Positions 1-14,035 are shown, counted from the stretch's first letter. The stretch is 64,000 nt of DNA from Eledone cirrhosa (GCA_964016885.1 OZ024740.1:274970001-275034000); one strand, 5' to 3'. The notes: generated by a model not told the origin, from the letters alone. Numbers and translations: made by a program.

Positions 1-240
1 CAACGAGCTTTTGTCCAAACGAATGAAAAGGCATAACCCAGGTTAAATACGCACATGGAATTCAGCAAGGGAGATAACCTCTATATCCGCGAAAAATATT
101 CGGGAAAATGTGGAAATACACATATGGAATAAGAGTGCTCAATATATATAGTTAAATGAAAGGTATAGAAATTATTGTGAGCAAGAAGCCAACAGTATTT
201 CATATATATACATATATATATATCTATATATATATATATA

Positions 241-431
241 GGAACGAGTAGGACCCCGACGGCTGAGCTCAAGCTGTTTCGACGGCTAATTCAGTCCAGA
301 ATTAGCCGTCGAAACGGCTTGAGCTCAGCCGTCGGGGTCCTACTCGTTCCTATTACCCACTCTACTACCCTAAGTATTGAGCACTTTGGTGCGTTAATGT
401 CCACCTGGTTCCTTACCACATTTCCTTCGTT
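241..431 (+). mobile_element. HHR-derived mini-element family A with inverted 5' arm, inserted in (TA)n
   Basis: Arms 241-292 and 298-350 are reverse complements; 3' half of a hammerhead (GAAAC-GGCT...AGCC-GTC-GGGGT), then an ~80-nt tail ending in (TA)n; same family at 8.9, 9.1, 26.9, 33.1 and 35.8 kb. Confidence 0.8.
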
Positions 432-576
432 ATATATATATATATATATATATATATGCCAACATCAACAATTTTCCAAGAGATGGCAACATGAATAGAC
501 CTGTTATTTTTCTCTAAAAACAACTTTTTTCCAATTCCACCCTCCCCGTCCCTTCAATCTTTCTAATTTCTCATCC

Positions 577-615
577 TTTCTTCTGATGAAGGACTAGCGT
601 CGGAAACGTTAAAAC
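577..615 (+). ncRNA. Minimal hammerhead ribozyme motif (family B), possibly decayed
   Basis: CTGATGA-A-GGAC tagc GTCG-GAAACGTTA with palindromic stem III AACGTT and weak stem I; host repeat ~482-700 recurs at ~28833-29045 (+), and the motif recurs at 12559-12591 (-). Confidence 0.6.
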
Positions 616-961
616 TCTCTCCCTGCTCTTTCAAGCGTTAACTTAATATATTCCTTCCATATACTGTACCGATTGTGTTGTTACTTATGTTTACATTTTA
701 CACACACATATATATATATATATACAATATTAATAAATGGAAACTATATTTATAAAACCATATTTATTTCATTATATATATTTAAAGGATACCAAGTTAA
801 ATCATGGTATGCCTTCATCAGACAAAATACAATATATAACAGTTTTACAAATAGATATTGACGTACCCTTTCAAAAAGGTGACCGTTGTTTTTGGAAGCC
901 ATCCGGATTTATTAATATTGTATATCTACTCCAAATATTTGTCGAGTGCTTTATATCAGTT

Positions 962-1133
962 ATAATAATTGTTTCTACTTTTTGGCACAAGGCCAGCACT
1001 TATCCCAGTACATTACAGGTACTTTATTTTATCGACCCCGTAAGGATGAAAGGCAAAGTTAACCTCGGCGGGAATTGAACTCAGATCGTAAAGGGACGTA
1101 ACTATGCTGGAAAGCATAATCCAACCCTCTACC
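962..1133 (-). mobile_element. tRNA-derived SINE (octopus-type)
   Basis: Matches the full copy at 26272-26460; central GCCTTTCATCCTTACGGGGTCGATAAAATAAAGTACC block and (ATT)n tail. Confidence 0.85.
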
Positions 1134-1495
<362 letters not shown>

Positions 1496-2139
1496 GCACT
1501 TCGAATTTCTGTTGAATAGATTTTCAATAAAGGAATGGTTTTGATAGATTACTAAATTATCCTATGTCAATAATGAATTCATTTCAGCTTAACTTTAAAA
1601 CTATGTAGGTGTGAATGTAGGCTGATGGGAATCCGGACATTTGATAGGAATAATTATATTCTATCACAAAGGTTACTTGTTCTATCATCAAACTAGCCCC
1701 CCCCCCCTACCCACACACACACACGCACATTTATATATATATGTGGGGGGGTGTATGTGTGCGTGCGTGTGTCTGTGTGTATGTGTGCGTGTGTGTGTGT
1801 TCTGTGTAATTCGCCCAAAGGCATAACTTGTCCTCATTTTTCCTCTACCTCTTTTGTTGTGTTGCGAAGTGCACGGGAATGATAAGTTTCATCATTAATT
1901 AACCGAAACTGAAGTGACTTACAGAGGTTGTCTGAAGTGTGTCCGTTTTTCCGCTGTTTTCCTTCTGCATGTGGGGAAGAAAATATTAAAACACCCAATC
2001 CCATCTTTTGACACAGCTGTAAACATATATTGCGGAGTTGAAATAACTCACCCACTTTATAAAAAGTATTCAGACATGCTCTTCTGTCTGCGGATAATTT
2101 GATATGTTCATGTGTTATTAACCAGCCGAGCAGCAATAA

Positions 2140-2400
2140 ATGAATATGTTGGATAGTTTCCTCATCGCACCGGTCACCGTTTAGACCACAGACATACTTG
2201 GACCCAGTACAGTCAAGCTCATCCGCAAGATCCGGACGTCGGCGGCCCGTCTGTAGAAGGAGCCCCGCGAGGTGGGGTGGCTGTTGCAGCGGGTGTCGCT
2301 GGCCATTGTCCGCGGGAATGCTTTTACGGTCTATGCCCAGAGCCCAATCCCCCTTCCCCACCCCATTCTTCTGTGACACTAGAGCCTTTGCCATGCCCGC
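2140..2400 (+). pseudogene. CRE-like non-LTR retrotransposon C-terminal (RLE) fragment
   Basis: Translates to ILGPSTVKLIRKI...EPREVGWLLQRVSLAIVRGNAFTV; the QR(I/L)SL..RGNA motif is typical of CRE-clade C-termini. Confidence 0.65.
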
Positions 2401-2630
2401 CCCTTTTCCGCTTTTTTCTTTATATTTTTATATTTTATATTCCATTCTTTCTTCTCAATCTGAAATTTGGTGGGGCTGTTCTATTAAACTATATTTACAT
2501 GATACATTCCATAAATAAATTATTAATTTTGGGACAGTTTTCTTCTAAAGAACTGATCACTGTTACCACGTCTTTAATCATATGCTTACTCGATCAACAC
2601 TAATCACGCATAAAATTATAACAGTAACAA

Positions 2631-2810
2631 TGCCAGCAATTATCTCAGTGTATTACTGGTACTTTATTTTATCAACCCCGTAAGGACGAAAGGCAAAGTT
2701 AAAATCCCGCCGAAGTTAACTTTGACTTTCATCCTTACGGGGTCGATAAAATAAAGTACCAGTAATACACTGGGATAATTGCTGGCCCTTTGCCAAAAGT
2801 AGAAACAATT
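2631..2810. mobile_element. SINE with inverted (head-to-head) partial duplication inside one target-site duplication
   Basis: Minus copy 2631-2700 joined to plus copy 2702-2810; flanks AAATTATAACAGTAACAA (2613-2630) and AAATTATAAGAGTAACAA (2811-2828). Confidence 0.75.
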
Positions 2811-2855
2811 AAATTATAAGAGTAACAACAACAATTTTCAAATAATAATTTTAGA

Positions 2856-3041
2856 TACGATGGTCGGCTGACTAGAAAGGATTGTTGCTAGAGCTGTAAA
2901 ATCTTGCATGCATTCATTCCAACTCTTCTTATTAATAACTGCATTGTTTCTTTCCAAGAACTATGTTCAAAAGTAAACCTCTTTTGGTCATCCCATGAGA
3001 GTATCTTGGTCAATCTATGAACTTTTCAGCCGACCTAGGTA
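2856..3041. mobile_element. Mariner-type MITE (inverted relative of 21362-21570)
   Basis: Ends TACGATGGTCGGCTGA... and ...CTATGAACTTTTCAGCCGACC; interior homologous to the 21.4 kb copy. Confidence 0.6.
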
Positions 3042-3054
3042 ATATGGTTTCTGA

Positions 3055-3480
3055 TTTAAGGACAAAGCCAACAATTTTCGGGAGAGGGAAAGTCGATTAA
3101 ATCGACATCAGTGCATTACTGGTACATTATTTTCGACCCTGTAAGGATAAAGGTAAAACCAATCCAGGTGGAGTTGGAAATCAGAACGTAAAGGGTCGTA
3201 ACTCTGTGCCACAAAACATGATGTCTGACGCTCTACCGATACTACCAATCCACTGGTCAACTTTGCTTTTCAACATTTCCGGGTCGAGAAAAATAATTGT
3301 TTCTACTTTAGGCACAAGGCCAGCAATTATCCCAGTGCATTACTGGTACTTTATTTTATCGACCCCCCGTAAGGATGAAAGGCAAAGTTAACCTCGGTGG
3401 GATTTGAACTCACATCATAAAGGGACGTAACTATGCTGGAAAGCATGGCGTCCAACCCTCTACCGAAACTGCCAATCCGA
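3055..3480 (-). mobile_element. Two SINE copies; the younger (3294-3479) inserted with a TSD
   Basis: SINE consensus matches; CGAGAAAAATAAT duplicated on both sides of the second copy. Confidence 0.75.
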
Positions 3481-3814
3481 GAAAAATAATACCAGTTTAG
3501 TACTGAGGTCGATTCTTCTTCTCCGTTTCTATCTCACTTCCTCTCTTTCACTTTCTCTCCTTCTCTGGAAGAAATCTGCTGTGTTCAGACATGGAGAGTG
3601 GTGGGACCCGCCAGGCTTTAAAAGCCTTAGAAACTCCGTATGCCACTGCGACGCCCCTACGGCTCCATCAGAAAATACGAGGAATGAAGAAGAAAGATAA
3701 ATGAGTCGTTCCCACCATATAGTTCTTTTTTGCATCTTGGAAAACTGGGTTATTCAAGATGGCGGTGGGGCTATTTTATACTTAGTAGAAGACGAACCAT
3801 TGGTGTCTTTGCCA

Positions 3815-4262
<448 letters not shown>

Positions 4263-4753
4263 CGTGCTAACGCATGTGTCTCTACGTATGTATTTATTTA
4301 ATCTTTAGTCAGCTCTGATTAAGTAGAGTTCCGACTAAAACATTCCCCCTGCATAATGTATTTAAGAGGCAGTACCCATGACAGCTGTTGTACATTAGAT
4401 ATATCGTATCCGAACACAAGAACTTCCTGGGATATCAGAAAATACGTTGCATATATTGAAAATACGCAGTATTCGCAGAAGGGAACGGTAGCCATAGTAA
4501 AATTTACCTGCTGGTAAAATTTCTCTTGCAGGTTTTTCTACATCAAGCATGGGCAACATTTTTCGAGCAGTGGGCCGCATAGAATGTGTCCCTTCATAAG
4601 GCGGTAGGCACTACTAAAAGAAGGGGCGATTTTGAATTTAGGTGGGCCATTCAGAAAGCCAAATGGGCGGCGTGCGACTCGGGGCCACAGTTTTTCCATG
4701 ACAATTTTACATTTATTGTGACACCTCAGTGTCGCACACATTAATGTATTTCT

Positions 4754-4799
<46 letters not shown>

Positions 4800-4891
4800 C
4801 GTGTGAGTGTGGTGTGAATGTGTTTATATTTGTGCAAGAGAGTGAGGGAAAGTAAGAGATGGGGAATATGTTTGTAGGTGTGTTTGTATGG

Positions 4892-4960
<69 letters not shown>

Positions 4961-5109
4961 GAAGTGGGTCTGTCTGTGTGTGTGTTTGTGTGTATCTATG
5001 AAGGCGTATAGCTTAGTATAGATTCGTATTTCACTAACAATCGTAAGTTTGTGAGTTCGATTCATGGTGATGCGTTGTGTCCTTGAGAAGCACACTTTAT
5101 TTCACGCTG

Positions 5110-5310
5110 CTGCTCCAGTCCATTCTGCTAGTACAGCGCATCTCCCTTACCATTCTCCGGGGAAACGCCTTCTCCATTCTGTCCACCGGAGCCGTGGGGC
5201 GGCCAGCACGTAGGACCCCATATGCTCATAATACAGAGAGATGGGGAGGGCGAGAGAGATGGAGGCGATGACAGTGGGAGTTCGGCTCTTCCATATTCGA
5301 ACACATTTAT
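5110..5310 (+). pseudogene. CRE-like retrotransposon 3' fragment
   Basis: LLVQRISLTILRGNAFSILSTG; 3' UTR homologous to 24450-24600. Confidence 0.7.
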
Positions 5311-5324
5311 CAACTCTTTGTCAG

Positions 5325-5485
5325 ACACCATGCCTTGACGCATAGAGTTACGGCCCTTGCCATTCTGAGTTCAAATCCCACCGAGATTAACTTTGCCTTT
5401 CATCCTTACGGGGGGTCGATAAAATAAAGTACCAGTAATACACTGTGTAATTGCTGGCCTTGTGCCAAAAGTAGAAACAATTATT
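5325..5485 (+). mobile_element. SINE copy
   Basis: B box GTTCAAATCC, central domain and tail. Confidence 0.85.
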
Positions 5486-5732
5486 TTACTCAAGTTGAAA
5501 ATGAGTTGTACCAGTAATACAATGGGACAGGCCAGTTTTGTGACATACTTTGCCACACGGAATGTTTTTGAGAACGACGTTAAGTTATGAGTACTGATGA
5601 TTACGGAACTCTCAACAACTTGCACTTTAATTTCCCGAGTAGGATATTCCGTTATTATAGAGCACAGAGGCCCAGTACGTGTACACACGTATATATTTGC
5701 ATGTGTGTGAATGTGTATGTGTCAGAGAGGTA

Positions 5733-5778
<46 letters not shown>

Positions 5779-6167
5779 GCGTGTATCTTTCTGGGAACTA
5801 CATTAAACGTATCCGTGTTTACGGAGTACTCAGACACTTGAGCATTTATTTCACGAGCAGTAAGAATGTTCCGTAGTGATCAGTAGTTATAGACTACTCA
5901 TCTTTGAAACTGATGGACGCCCATCATCACGCGTGCATATGTGTGTATCTGCGCATGTGGACTGGAGGGAGGGGGGGGGGGGGATTGTATTTTACTTAAC
6001 TATCGTACATGCAGTGTAGTAAACATCTGTCGTGCGACGATTCATCGATCTGGATCAAACACACAGTCACAAACTCACATGTAACTACCTCAGTCAACCA
6101 ACGACTAATACGACGTATGTATGTATGTATGTATGTATGTATGTATGTATGTATGTTTGTATGTATG

Positions 6168-6198
<31 letters not shown>

Positions 6199-6239
6199 GT
6201 ATGTATGTATTCTATGTATGTGTGTATGTATGTATGTAT

Positions 6240-6725
6240 GTTTTTCTCTTTCTCTTAATTTCGAGTATATTTTTTGACCGGCCACCTTCCTGGTGGCAAG
6301 GTTGTAAAAGAAAAGAAATTGTCATCCCTTGAATCGCAAGAATGTTTTGCAAATTTTGAAGGTGCCAGCTATCGCAGCCATTTGTAGACTATGAATTAGG
6401 GAGCTGCGCTTTTTGTCCGCAAATCCAAATTCAGTCATACTTTGGTCCAAGCGGGTTGGTATATAACCCGTAGCACCAATAATGATGGGTATGAAGCTAA
6501 AGGTGTATCTTGTATACTGGATTTGTAAACTCCTCATCAATGGTCCGTAGATGTCCTCTTTCTCCTGTATTTTTCTGACAACGTTTACATCAAGTGGGCA
6601 GCTGATCTCCACAACAGAACACGTTTTCAATGTGTGGTCCCAAACTACAATATCAGGCCGTTTGTGCTTTAATTTGGTGGCAGTTTTTATTTTCAGGTTC
6701 CACCAGTATTCCTTAGTGCCATCTG
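6240..6725 (-). mobile_element. R4/Dong-like site-specific non-LTR retrotransposon, 5'-truncated, in (CATA)n
   Basis: ORF 6322-6725: KRPDIVVWD...VVEISCP...EKEDIYGPL...IPIIIGATG (restriction-like PD-(D/E)xK endonuclease); (TATG)n on both flanks; 3' UTR copy at 38712-38765 also lies in (CATA)n. Confidence 0.85.
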
Positions 6726-7185
6726 TGTATGTATGTATGTATGTATGTATGTATGTATGTATGTATGTATGCATCTATGTATGTATGTATGTAAGTATTA
6801 TGTATGTATGTATGAATGTATGCATGTTGTATGTATATATGTATTCATGTATGTATGTATTCATGTATGTATATATTTATGTATGCATGAATGTATGTAT
6901 GTAGTAGGTAAGAATGTATGTGTGTATGTATGCATGAATTAATGTATGTATGTTTGTATGTGTGTATTTATTTATTTTCGTTCCAGCCGAGGAACTGAGG
7001 CCATGCTGGGATTCTTATTTATTTATGTATGTATGTGTGAATGTATGTATGTATGTAAATATGTATGTATGTTTGTTTTTATGTGTGTGTATGTATGTAT
7101 GTATATATGAATGTGTGTATGTATGTATGCATGTATGTATGAATATATGTATGTATATATATGAATGTCTGTGTGTGTATATAAA

Positions 7186-7247
<62 letters not shown>

Positions 7248-7751
7248 TGTATGTATGTATGCATAAAGCTATATGTATGTATGTTTGAATGCATGTATGT
7301 ATGAATGTATAAATGTATAACGTATGTATGTATTATGAATGTATGCATGTATATATGTATGTATATATGTATGCATATATGTATGTATGCATGTATGGGT
7401 GTATGTAGTTGTATGGTATGTGTTTAAATGTGCAATGGTAGGGGGGAGATATGTGTGTGCGCAAATGTGCGTGCTCTTATGTATGTGCGTGTATATAATT
7501 GTATTGTGTGTATGTGTGTAAATGCGCTGTGGTTTGAGAGTACATGACGTGTAGGCTTGTGTGTTTATGTGTGTACGTGTGTGCATGTATAGTTGTTTAT
7601 CTATATGTATATTTATGTACAATGGTGTAGAGGTGTATGTATTGGTGTGTGCAGTTGCCTGATACGTGTATATGTGTGAATGTGCAACTCTGTGCTGAAT
7701 GTGAGTATATGTATGTGAGTGTGAGTGTGAATGTGTGCGTTGTTGTCTGTT

Positions 7752-7782
<31 letters not shown>

Positions 7783-7835
7783 CGATATTAACAAATGGAA
7801 ACTATATTTATAAAACCATATTTATTTCATTATAC

Positions 7836-7907
<72 letters not shown>

Positions 7908-8898
7908 AAAAATCACGAGCACTCAAAAATCACGAGGGTGTGGGGCGAGTATGGGTGGTGGCGAGTGGAGTGGGGAGATGGAGGCGGGGTGTCCCAGCGG
8001 GGAGGGTTGAAAGTGGTGTTTGTGTATGTGTGTAGGTGTACGTATGTGTGTGCGTGTGTATGAGAATGTGAGAGTTGGGGGAAGAACGAGGTTCCATGTT
8101 CAGGAAAAGGTGTGAGTGTGGGGTGGGGTATAGGTCGGTGTGTGTGTACGTGTGGATGAGGAGGGGTCAGAGGGGTGGAGGAGGGGAGCAGGATTCCGGA
8201 GGCTGAGTGTGTATATATGTGAGGATATGCACGTGTGTGTTGGTGTTTATACGTTTTGTGGATGTAAGTGGCGTGGTTCGAAAAATAATGGTGAATGTAT
8301 GTCCGTGCGTAAGTTCGTAAGGTACTTCTGTAGAGGGTGTGAAGGGATGCCGGATATTTTCCATGTTATGGAGTAGATAGTGGGAACAATGGCCGATGGT
8401 GTGTAATCCGTTGGTTGTGGTAGTCGGAAGAGGAGAGATGTGGGGTCCGCGCGCAACAGGAAGTGGTCAGAGGGTCAAGGCAGGAGAATGCATAGCAGCA
8501 GTAGAGGAGAATGGCAGGTGGAGAAAGTCAGTGAGTCAGTGTGTGCGGAGGTGCGGTGGACAGGCGAGAGGATGGGTAGGTGTGAAAGGTGGAGTGAGGA
8601 GGGGGTCATGTGGGGTATGGGGTGTGTATTAGTAGAGGTGTTAGTGGGATGTGTGTGTGAAGGGGTATGGGTGGAGTGGGGAGAGGGAGAGAAAAGGTGT
8701 GGGGGACGGTGGAGGGAATGTAGTGTACTGGTGTGTGTGTGTGTGTGTTTGGATGAGTGTGTGTTTGGTGAAGGGGTGTTAGTGGGTGTTAGTATTGTTA
8801 GTTGTGGGGTGGGCCAAGGGGGTGGGCGGTGAAAAGGAGGAGTGTGTTAGTGGTGTTAGTGGGGGATATGTGTGCGTGGGGGGGGGACATATATATAT

Positions 8899-9085
8899 AG
8901 GAAAATGTTCAAGACCCCCGACGGCAGAGCTCAAGCCGTTTCGACGGCTATTTCTGGACTAAAATAGATTTTTAGCGTGGTATTAAATAGCCGAACTTTT
9001 CAATGGGTAATTCCTTATATGGGAAGATTGTATTTGTCAAAAGGATTGGTTATGGTCCACCTGGTTCCATACCACACTTCCTCAG

Positions 9086-9088
<3 letters not shown>
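8899..9088. mobile_element. Family A copy with long inverted arm preserving the parental hammerhead
   Basis: Minus arm 8899-9047 plus plus-strand tail 9048-9088, (TA)n on both sides. Confidence 0.7.
8914..9008 (-). ncRNA. Hammerhead-like motif with UUGAAAA core and long stem II loop
   Basis: Minus strand: ACCC-a-TTGAAAA-gtt-CGGCTATTT...AAATAGCCG-tc-GAAAC-GGC...GCC-GTC-GGGGGT. Confidence 0.6.
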
Positions 9089-9137
<49 letters not shown>

Positions 9138-9139
<2 letters not shown>

Positions 9140-9338
9140 CGAAGGAAATGTGGTAAGGAACCAGGTGGACCATAACGCACCAAAGTACTCAATACTTAGG
9201 GTAGTAGAGTGGGTAATAGGAACCAATAAGACCCCGACGGCTGAGCTCAGGCCGTTTCGACAGCTAATTCTATGGAGATAGGACAGAATTAGCCGTCGAA
9301 ACGGCCTGAGCTCAGCCGTCGGGGTCTTACTGGTTCCT
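9138..9338 (-). mobile_element. Family A mini-element with palindromic head
   Basis: Reverse complement of 241-431; arms ~9219-9271 and ~9285-9337. Confidence 0.8.
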
Positions 9339-10108
9339 ATATATATATATATGAATATGCAATTGTTTTGTATGTGTTGTGTAGTTGTCAGGTGTGGATG
9401 TGTGAATGGGTCGTTGTATGGTGCATATGCATGTGCATGTGCAGTTGATTGTAGGTGAATGCACGGTGGTGTGGTGTGTGTATGTGTGTGTGTCGCTATG
9501 TATGTGTATGCGTGATGATGTGTATGTGTGAGTGTGTGTGTTTGTGCAGCCGTATAGTGTGTATGTGAATGCGCGTTGATGTGTAAGTGTATGTGTTTGT
9601 GCAGTCGTATAGTGTGTATGTGCATGTGTGTTGATGTGTAAGTGTATGTGTTTGTGCAGTCGTACAGTGTGTATGTGCATGCGCGTTGATGTGTTTGTGC
9701 AGTCGTATAGTGTGTATGTGCATGTGTGTTGATGTTGAGCCCCAGGTCAGCCTTTACTGAGCAAATATATGATCAAACACTTTTCAGTCGTCACCATGCT
9801 ATCAAGAGACGTTCCAAAGCAAAAAATATTCAGTGAAGATGGTCATGACGAGATATTTAGTAAAGAAGATTCATGCTTCTTCTTCTTCTTTTTCTTCTTC
9901 TTCTTATTATTATTATTATTATTTTTTTTTTTTTTTTTTTTTTCCCTTCACTCACTCATTCCTGCCAATGTCGTGGTGCGATAGAGTCCTCAGACACGCC
10001 TTCCAGAAGGTCCTATCAGATGCAACTGTCTCCAAATGATTCAGCCAGATCCACAAGAGAGATCAACCGAGCTTGTGGGAAATGCATGCCAAATTTAACA
10101 TTTTTAAA

Positions 10109-10298
10109 ATGTATGTATAGTATATTTGATAATATACTGTATGTTTATTTTAAAACATCTTGAAGACCACTCGTTATGAGTTTTAAAGTAGTGACTACGT
10201 CACTTGCTTTTGCCGAAACCAAGTAAGTGACGTACTCACTACTTTAAAACTCATAGCGAATGGTCTTCAAAATGTTTTAAAATATACTATACATACAT
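10109..10298. repeat. ~190-bp imperfect palindrome (MITE or fold-back insertion)
   Basis: TTTTAAAACATCTTGAAGACC...GTCACTTGCTT pairs with AAGTAAGTGAC...GGTCTTCAAAATGTTTTAAAA; loop TTGCCGAAACC. Confidence 0.8.
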
Positions 10299-10539
10299 TC
10301 ATACATATATCGCTATTTCACCAACACTAATTTTTAAAATGTTTTTTTTTTTTCTTTTTCTTGTATGCACATTCAAACGCGTATTTGCCTGCACAAACAA
10401 GAAATAATAAAAACCCAATAAATATTCGAGAATATCTTAGTAGAGATACGAAAAATAAATACGGCTCACACCTATACGAATTACGCTGGTCTGCGACGAG
10501 GTTGTATTTCATTGACTTTCCTATATTTTTGACCACCGG

Positions 10540-10650
10540 ACCACATCCCTACGAGTCGGAGTGGCTGTACCAGCGCATCTCCCTCGTCGTTCTCCGGAGC
10601 AATGTATTCTCTATCCTGTCAGCCGGAGCCACGAGGCTGAGGGTGTATTA
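10540..10650 (+). pseudogene. CRE-like retrotransposon C-terminal fragment
   Basis: ESEWLYQRISLVVLRSNVFSILSAG. Confidence 0.6.
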
Positions 10651-10994
10651 GTTGGAGGTAGAAGTTATTCGTTCGGATGTCACACAAATGCACAAATACT
10701 CAACCATTTGCCTATTAATTGTTTAACTTTCATAGAAGGTTTGTCGGGTGTTTTAACATTAAAGGTCCTAAACATGATCACGGAAACTAACGACTTCTTC
10801 AAGAATACAACACGCCCGCCATTCTGGGAATCAAAATCATGACTATATGATTTTAAGTCCCAAGCTTCTGCCCGCTAGGCCACGAGAGCAGCCACAAAAG
10901 CGATGGAGATAATATGTATGCTTGTGTTTATTTTTCATATCTTCTACTGCACTCTTAATTGTACAAGGTTAAGTTTATATAACATTGAAACATT

Positions 10995-11052
<58 letters not shown>

Positions 11053-11098
11053 TCGCTACATGTCTCTCCACCACTCCCCTACACACCTTTTGAACTCT

Positions 11099-11132
11099 CA
11101 CCTGAAGAAGGGCTTATGCCCGAAACGTCGTC
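11099..11132 (+). ncRNA. Minimal hammerhead motif (family C, element ~11050-11220)
   Basis: CTGAAGA-A-GGGC ttat GCCC-GAAACGTC; second copy at 40579-40610 with CTGAGGA. Confidence 0.65.
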
Positions 11133-12069
11133 CCCCACCTACCCCCCACTCTCCTGAGCGTGAATTTAATAAACATTTATCGTACTGCCTCTCTGTTCTG
11201 TCCCTGTTCAATTTTTCATTATATATATATACACATACATATCAAAATTCGAGAGCAGAAACGACAAGATAGACAGTTATATTTAAATATATATATATAT
11301 ATATATTTATTTATCTGTGTGTGTGTTTGTTTAAAAGCATGCGAAAAGTAAACGGAAAGCAACACAACAAAACGATACAGCACAAAGAAAATATATATTA
11401 GTTTGTATTGTTATAAATACTATTGGGTTCTGTGGCAAATATATCACTTATCTACTATTCCCAATATCAATGTATCAGATTCTTGTACTGTCCTTAAAGT
11501 CTTGAGCTGTTGTGGCCAATGAAAAATATCCTGTAATGTTATTCTGCTTGTCACGAAATGTGTTTGAGTGTTACACATTAAGCAAACTGAACAAAAGAAT
11601 TATATCGAAGACAATCGATATTTTAACATAACGAAACAATGTTATGAAGTTCTATTATAAACTTATTCATCAGAACGGAAGTAGAAACATTTTATAAAAG
11701 GGGAAAGGCAGGTGGTTGTGTGCTTGACGAGGTTAATAGGACTGGAGAGAGACACGTTAATTTTCAGCTAAGCCCTCACCGACGTTTTCATTTTCCAGTT
11801 GGAAAGGAAGGTGAGGGTGAAGAATGAAGTACGATACCATCTAGTAAATTTGTTTAAAAGTGAGTAAATATGGCGTCAGTGGCCCGAATAAATGGGCCTA
11901 CATAGGGCACTCATGGTAATCGGAGAGATCTCGGATCTGTGGGGTTCTTTAATTACTTCTCGGTAGGGTTCCTTCCTATAAGGGGAATTCTGTTCTTAAT
12001 TATTTTGGTACCTTCTTTTTTCTGCTTGATTTTATCTTTTAAAATCTTCACTGTGCTTATTTATTTATA

Positions 12070-12222
12070 TAATAATTGTTTCTACTTTTGGCACAAGGCC
12101 AGTCGTTGCTCAGTGCATTACTGGTGCTTTATTTGGCGGGATTTGAACTCAGAACGTAAAGGGCCGTAACTCTATGCCGTAAAGCATGTTGTCAGCCGCT
12201 CTACCGATGCTACTAATCCAAC
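12070..12222 (-). mobile_element. SINE copy, internally deleted
   Basis: Head and tail match the SINE; central domain missing. Confidence 0.75.
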
Positions 12223-12337
12223 AATAATAATATTAATGTTGGTGGGGAGGGGGAGCGTCACACCGATACAATATATCGCTGGAATACGAGTAAGAGTTGC
12301 GATTCCTTTCTAATCAATAGCTGATCGATATATATAT

Positions 12338-12374
<37 letters not shown>

Positions 12375-12422
12375 CACAGATACATATATATACATTTATA
12401 TATATATATATATATATATACA

Positions 12423-12466
<44 letters not shown>

Positions 12467-12701
12467 TGTATATATATGTATGCAAAAGGCAAACAAATAA
12501 AGCAAACGTTACAGAACTATATTATTAGTTTTACGCTTGAAATAGTTGGAAAAAAAGTCTTAACGTTTCGGACGCTAGTCCTTCAGCAGAATATAGTAGA
12601 ATTAAAAATTAGAAAGGCAGAGGAAACTGAGCAGTGGCAAAATGGTGAGATGTAAAAGGTAAGAAGGCAGTAGACGGAAGAGAATATTGGAGGATATATA
12701 T

Positions 12702-13227
12702 GTTCTTCTTCTTCGCCCACTTATTCCTGAGGGGCTCGTGGGGGCAGAGTCTTCAAACACTCCTTCCAGCGGGTCCTGTCAAAAGTAACTGTCTACAACA
12801 GATCCGGTTAGATCCCGAAGCGAGACCAGCCATGCTCATGGATATTATTTTGATCAGGGTCTACCTCTCGGTCCCTTGCCAGTTAGTTTCTCACCTGAGA
12901 CATTCTAACTCCCTGCCCATAGTATCGGAGCTGTGATCTCTCCATTCGGAAAAGTAGCGGTTCTACATGGAGCGAATTTCTTATCTCCAAGCTATGCATT
13001 TTATCGAGTGACGTTACTCCAAAGACACTTCAGGGGATTCCCATTTTGATCGCTTGTATTCGCGATCGTATTCCTTCGGTCATTACACAAGATTCGTGAC
13101 TATAGGTAAGGGTTGGCATGAATAGCGAATTGAAGATAGCGAGTTTGGCTCGCATGCCTACCCCACTTCTTCTGATGACGAAATACTGGAGCTGTTGCAT
13201 TACTGCACCAGCTCCTGCAATTCTTGC
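12702..13227 (-). pseudogene. RTE-clade LINE 3' fragment
   Basis: Minus translation [10 protein letters not shown]...[25 protein letters not shown]...SQLRYYG...DRTRWK with stops; (GAA)n tail. Confidence 0.75.
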
Positions 13228-13323
13228 ACTTTATACATACATGAATATATATATATATATATATAGGTATATATATATATATGAATATATATATATAGGT
13301 ATATATGTATATATATATATATA

Positions 13324-13356
<33 letters not shown>

Positions 13357-13387
13357 CTTCTACATATATGTGTGTATGTATGTATGC

Positions 13388-13419
<32 letters not shown>

Positions 13420-13457
13420 ATATATATATCTTCTACACATATGTGTGTATGTATGTA

Positions 13458-13487
<30 letters not shown>

Positions 13488-13492
<5 letters not shown>

Positions 13493-13627
13493 AACCAAAT
13501 CAAATAAATATATTTAAATAAAAAAGACTCCAGTTGCATTTTCGATTTCATCTTTTTTCCTTATACTTTCACTCGTGTAGGACACCTCGGTTCTTTTTCA
13601 TTTTGTGAGATAAACCTCACTTTCTAA
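13488..13627 (+). mobile_element. Family F mini-element 3' part
   Basis: Homologous to 33870-34091, 33200-33318 and 35245-35339. Confidence 0.7.
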
Positions 13628-13896
13628 TATATATATATATATATATAAAACGGTGCATGTCTGTCTGTGTGTGTGTATGATTTTTATGCATTTCCACATT
13701 TCTCCACCGATTTTGATGATTATTTTTCCAATGTGCCCCAAATTTACCAGGGCAGGTCAACGCGTAGTTATTTTTGCCAGAAATTTCCTGCTTCTATGAA
13801 ATAAAATCGATAAAACTAAATACATGCTGTAACCCTCTCTCTTACACGCTTCATTCCTCTCACTACTACCATCAAAAATATATAAAACTACATACA

Positions 13897-14035
13897 TGTT
13901 GCAACTCTCTTTAAAAGGTTCATCCTTCCCTCTACTCCACTCTCAATCTCCTCTGCAACTCTCTTTAAAAGGTTCATCACTCTTTCTACTCCCCCCCCCC
14001 TCAATCTCCTCTGCAACTCTCTTTAAAAGGTTACT
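13897..14035. repeat. ~57-bp tandem repeat x3 inside the Helitron
   Basis: TGCAACTCTCTTTAAAAGGTT repeated three times. Confidence 0.85.

Noticed and set aside
1834-2394. 186-aa minus-strand ORF
   Set aside because: Largely antisense to a CRE-like fragment; no recognisable domain
7910-8885. G/T-rich segment with minus-strand YSITWKI similar to PLE GIY-YIG
   Set aside because: Too degenerate; no second motif could be confirmed
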